Below, one piece after another: positions 62,390-64,000 of a DNA stretch of 64,000 bases. Below the pieces are notes generated by a model, which saw only the letters and a list, made by a program, of their open reading frames with translations, ran no database searches and was not told the origin of the DNA. Both the position numbers and the translations under genes were made by a program. The first letter of the stretch is position 1. Each line of letters opens with the position of its first letter. The stretch spans positions 186,001 through 250,000 of the forward strand of contig NW_026515693.1 of NCBI RefSeq assembly GCF_025526975.1, read 5' to 3'. The DNA comes from Fimicolochytrium jonesii. Lineage: Eukaryota.

Positions 62390-64000
62390 TCAGACATCTT
62401 CCGCTGGAGGCAGGAGCCCCTCCAATTCCAAAAACCTGCATTGAGGGGACGCCGATGGGACAGGAATAGTGAGTAATCATGGACACATTTCCATCTGTAC
62501 GTCCGCCATCCGGGCCGGTTACTTACGCTCTTTCCATTTTCAGATACTCCTGCTCGCGCTTCTCATCATTTTCCTCCCCACCGCTCGCTGCCGTTAACGC
62601 TCTTGATGCACCCGACGCCGGTCGTCCTGCCGAGGCTGGAGGGGCGGGGGCGGTGGACGATGGGGCGGGTGCGGAGGATGGGACGTCGCCGTCCGTTTTT
62701 GTCCCCTTTTGCTGCGAGAGGAACGCAGCGGAGAGCATCGGTAAGCGATGAAAGGCAGGAGTAGTCTGCGCAATGAACTCACCCCTGGAGCTTCCAAAGC
62801 AGATTGCTCGTAGGCAGCACGTTCACGCGCTCGGAACTCTTTTCGGCCGCGGATGTACCCGAGCCGCCGGACTTCGCGATCCAGGAAACTTCGCACAAAA
62901 GTAGTCTGAGGCGTCAAGCAGGAGACAAATGGTGAGACCAGATGAACCCCACGCGCAGAAAGTCAAATAGACGAGAAGCAAGGGAAAGTACCTCATTCTT
63001 AGTCGGCTTGATGAGGTTGCGTGGAACTTCAAGAATGTGCAATGTGCCTTCATCATCTCCCGCCGCGACGAACTGATTGGATGTCAGTGATTTGCCTGTT
63101 GGCGACAACAAACAGTAAGTATCACTACGTGATTCGAGCTCTTCGCGTTGGGAGCCACTCACTCGGATATTGTCGGATGGACATATACGAGATGGCGGAT
63201 CCTGTTACATTCTGCACAAACGACGGCGAATGAGACCTGTCCAGCAGATCCCAAACCTCCACCGAGCCGTCTGTTTTGGAAATGTAGAACACGCCTGGGC
63301 GCGTAGGGCTCCACCGACCACCAACGAGGTAGGACAGAGACGGTGCAGAGGAGAGGAGAGGTCCAGTCTAGAGACGAGAATCGCTTAGCACCAGAGGTTG
63401 GAGGGTACATATGGGTAGCGCTACTCACAGTGACGCCTTCCTTCCATATGTGGAACGACCAACCGCCGACGCTCAGCAGGATATCCGGGAAGAATGGGGA
63501 GCGATGTAAGTCGGTCACCGCTGCGAAGTGGTAGTTGGCGGCATGTTCGACTCTTGACGCTATGGATGCCAATTCGTTCGGTGTGAGCCTCGCCATATCA
63601 GAGGCGGAACACCTTCACGCTGTAAGGAGGTTCTCAGCGTCCTCACCTTTGTCCTCCGTAGATTTCTCCGCATTCCAGTCCGCATATATCAAGTCCCCTT
63701 CCTCGGTCGCAGAGAAAAATTTGGAGCTGAACAGCGTCTCTTTGGCATCTTTGGCGTCCTTGCCGTCTTTGTTTTCCTTGTTGCTGCCATCGTCGGGTTT
63801 CGCTGTGTCCGTATCTGATGAGCAAATACGATTAGATCGATTGCTCGGCACATGGCGAGGAAATGAAATGGTCTCTGTCGCCAGTGCTTATGGGCAGCTT
63901 ACTTGAGGACATTTTGTCCGTAGGAGGCTTCTTGATACTGATTTTCGTCAGACTGTAGTCAAATGTATTGTCCATGGCACTCAGTGGCACCTGTGATTGG
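62390..64000 (-). CDS. DNAI3: Axonemal dynein intermediate chain WDR63/DNAI3 (IC140-like); 5' part lies beyond the window
   Basis: FFSATEEGDLIY, RSPFFPDILLSVGGW, WSPTRPGVF, VEVWDLLDRS, AAGDDEGTLHILEVPRNL and FLDREVRR. Confidence 0.85.

Noticed and set aside
1..64000. Prokaryotic operon, defence system or rRNA/tRNA genes
   Set aside because: Spliceosomal introns throughout, and no rRNA or tRNA structure recognised by eye.

Overview
Gene-dense, intron-rich eukaryotic genomic DNA. An axonemal dynein intermediate chain (WDR63/DNAI3) together with fungal-type genes (GH38 alpha-mannosidase, Agd3-like deacetylase, Dsn1, Ngg1/Ada3, Ett1, Nus1) points to a flagellated early-diverging fungus such as a chytrid. 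The right part (about 30.7-64 kb) is mostly spliced housekeeping genes: TBC Rab-GAP, Agd3-like, PTH2, ALKBH1, DOT1, DnaJ-RRM, DSN1, an MDR reductase, NGG1, ETT1, an RS-rich protein, NUS1 and DNAI3. The left part is more accessory. It holds a 338-bp Tc1/mariner-type MITE with telomere-like internal repeats, a TM-sensor-TM-HAMP receptor with no output domain, intronless bacterial-like enzyme genes and several pseudogenes. It also holds an ~8-kb decayed island (22.2-30.4 kb) with a kinase relic, a 21-bp heptad array, a retropepsin-like motif and a possible short LTR with a tRNA-Ser primer-binding site. Two signals are not explained by the gene models: a structured GAGCG-rich element shared by long first introns of unrelated genes, and a recurring C-rich to G-rich skew switch within exons. 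Exon boundaries and family assignments were made by eye from motifs; no searches were run.
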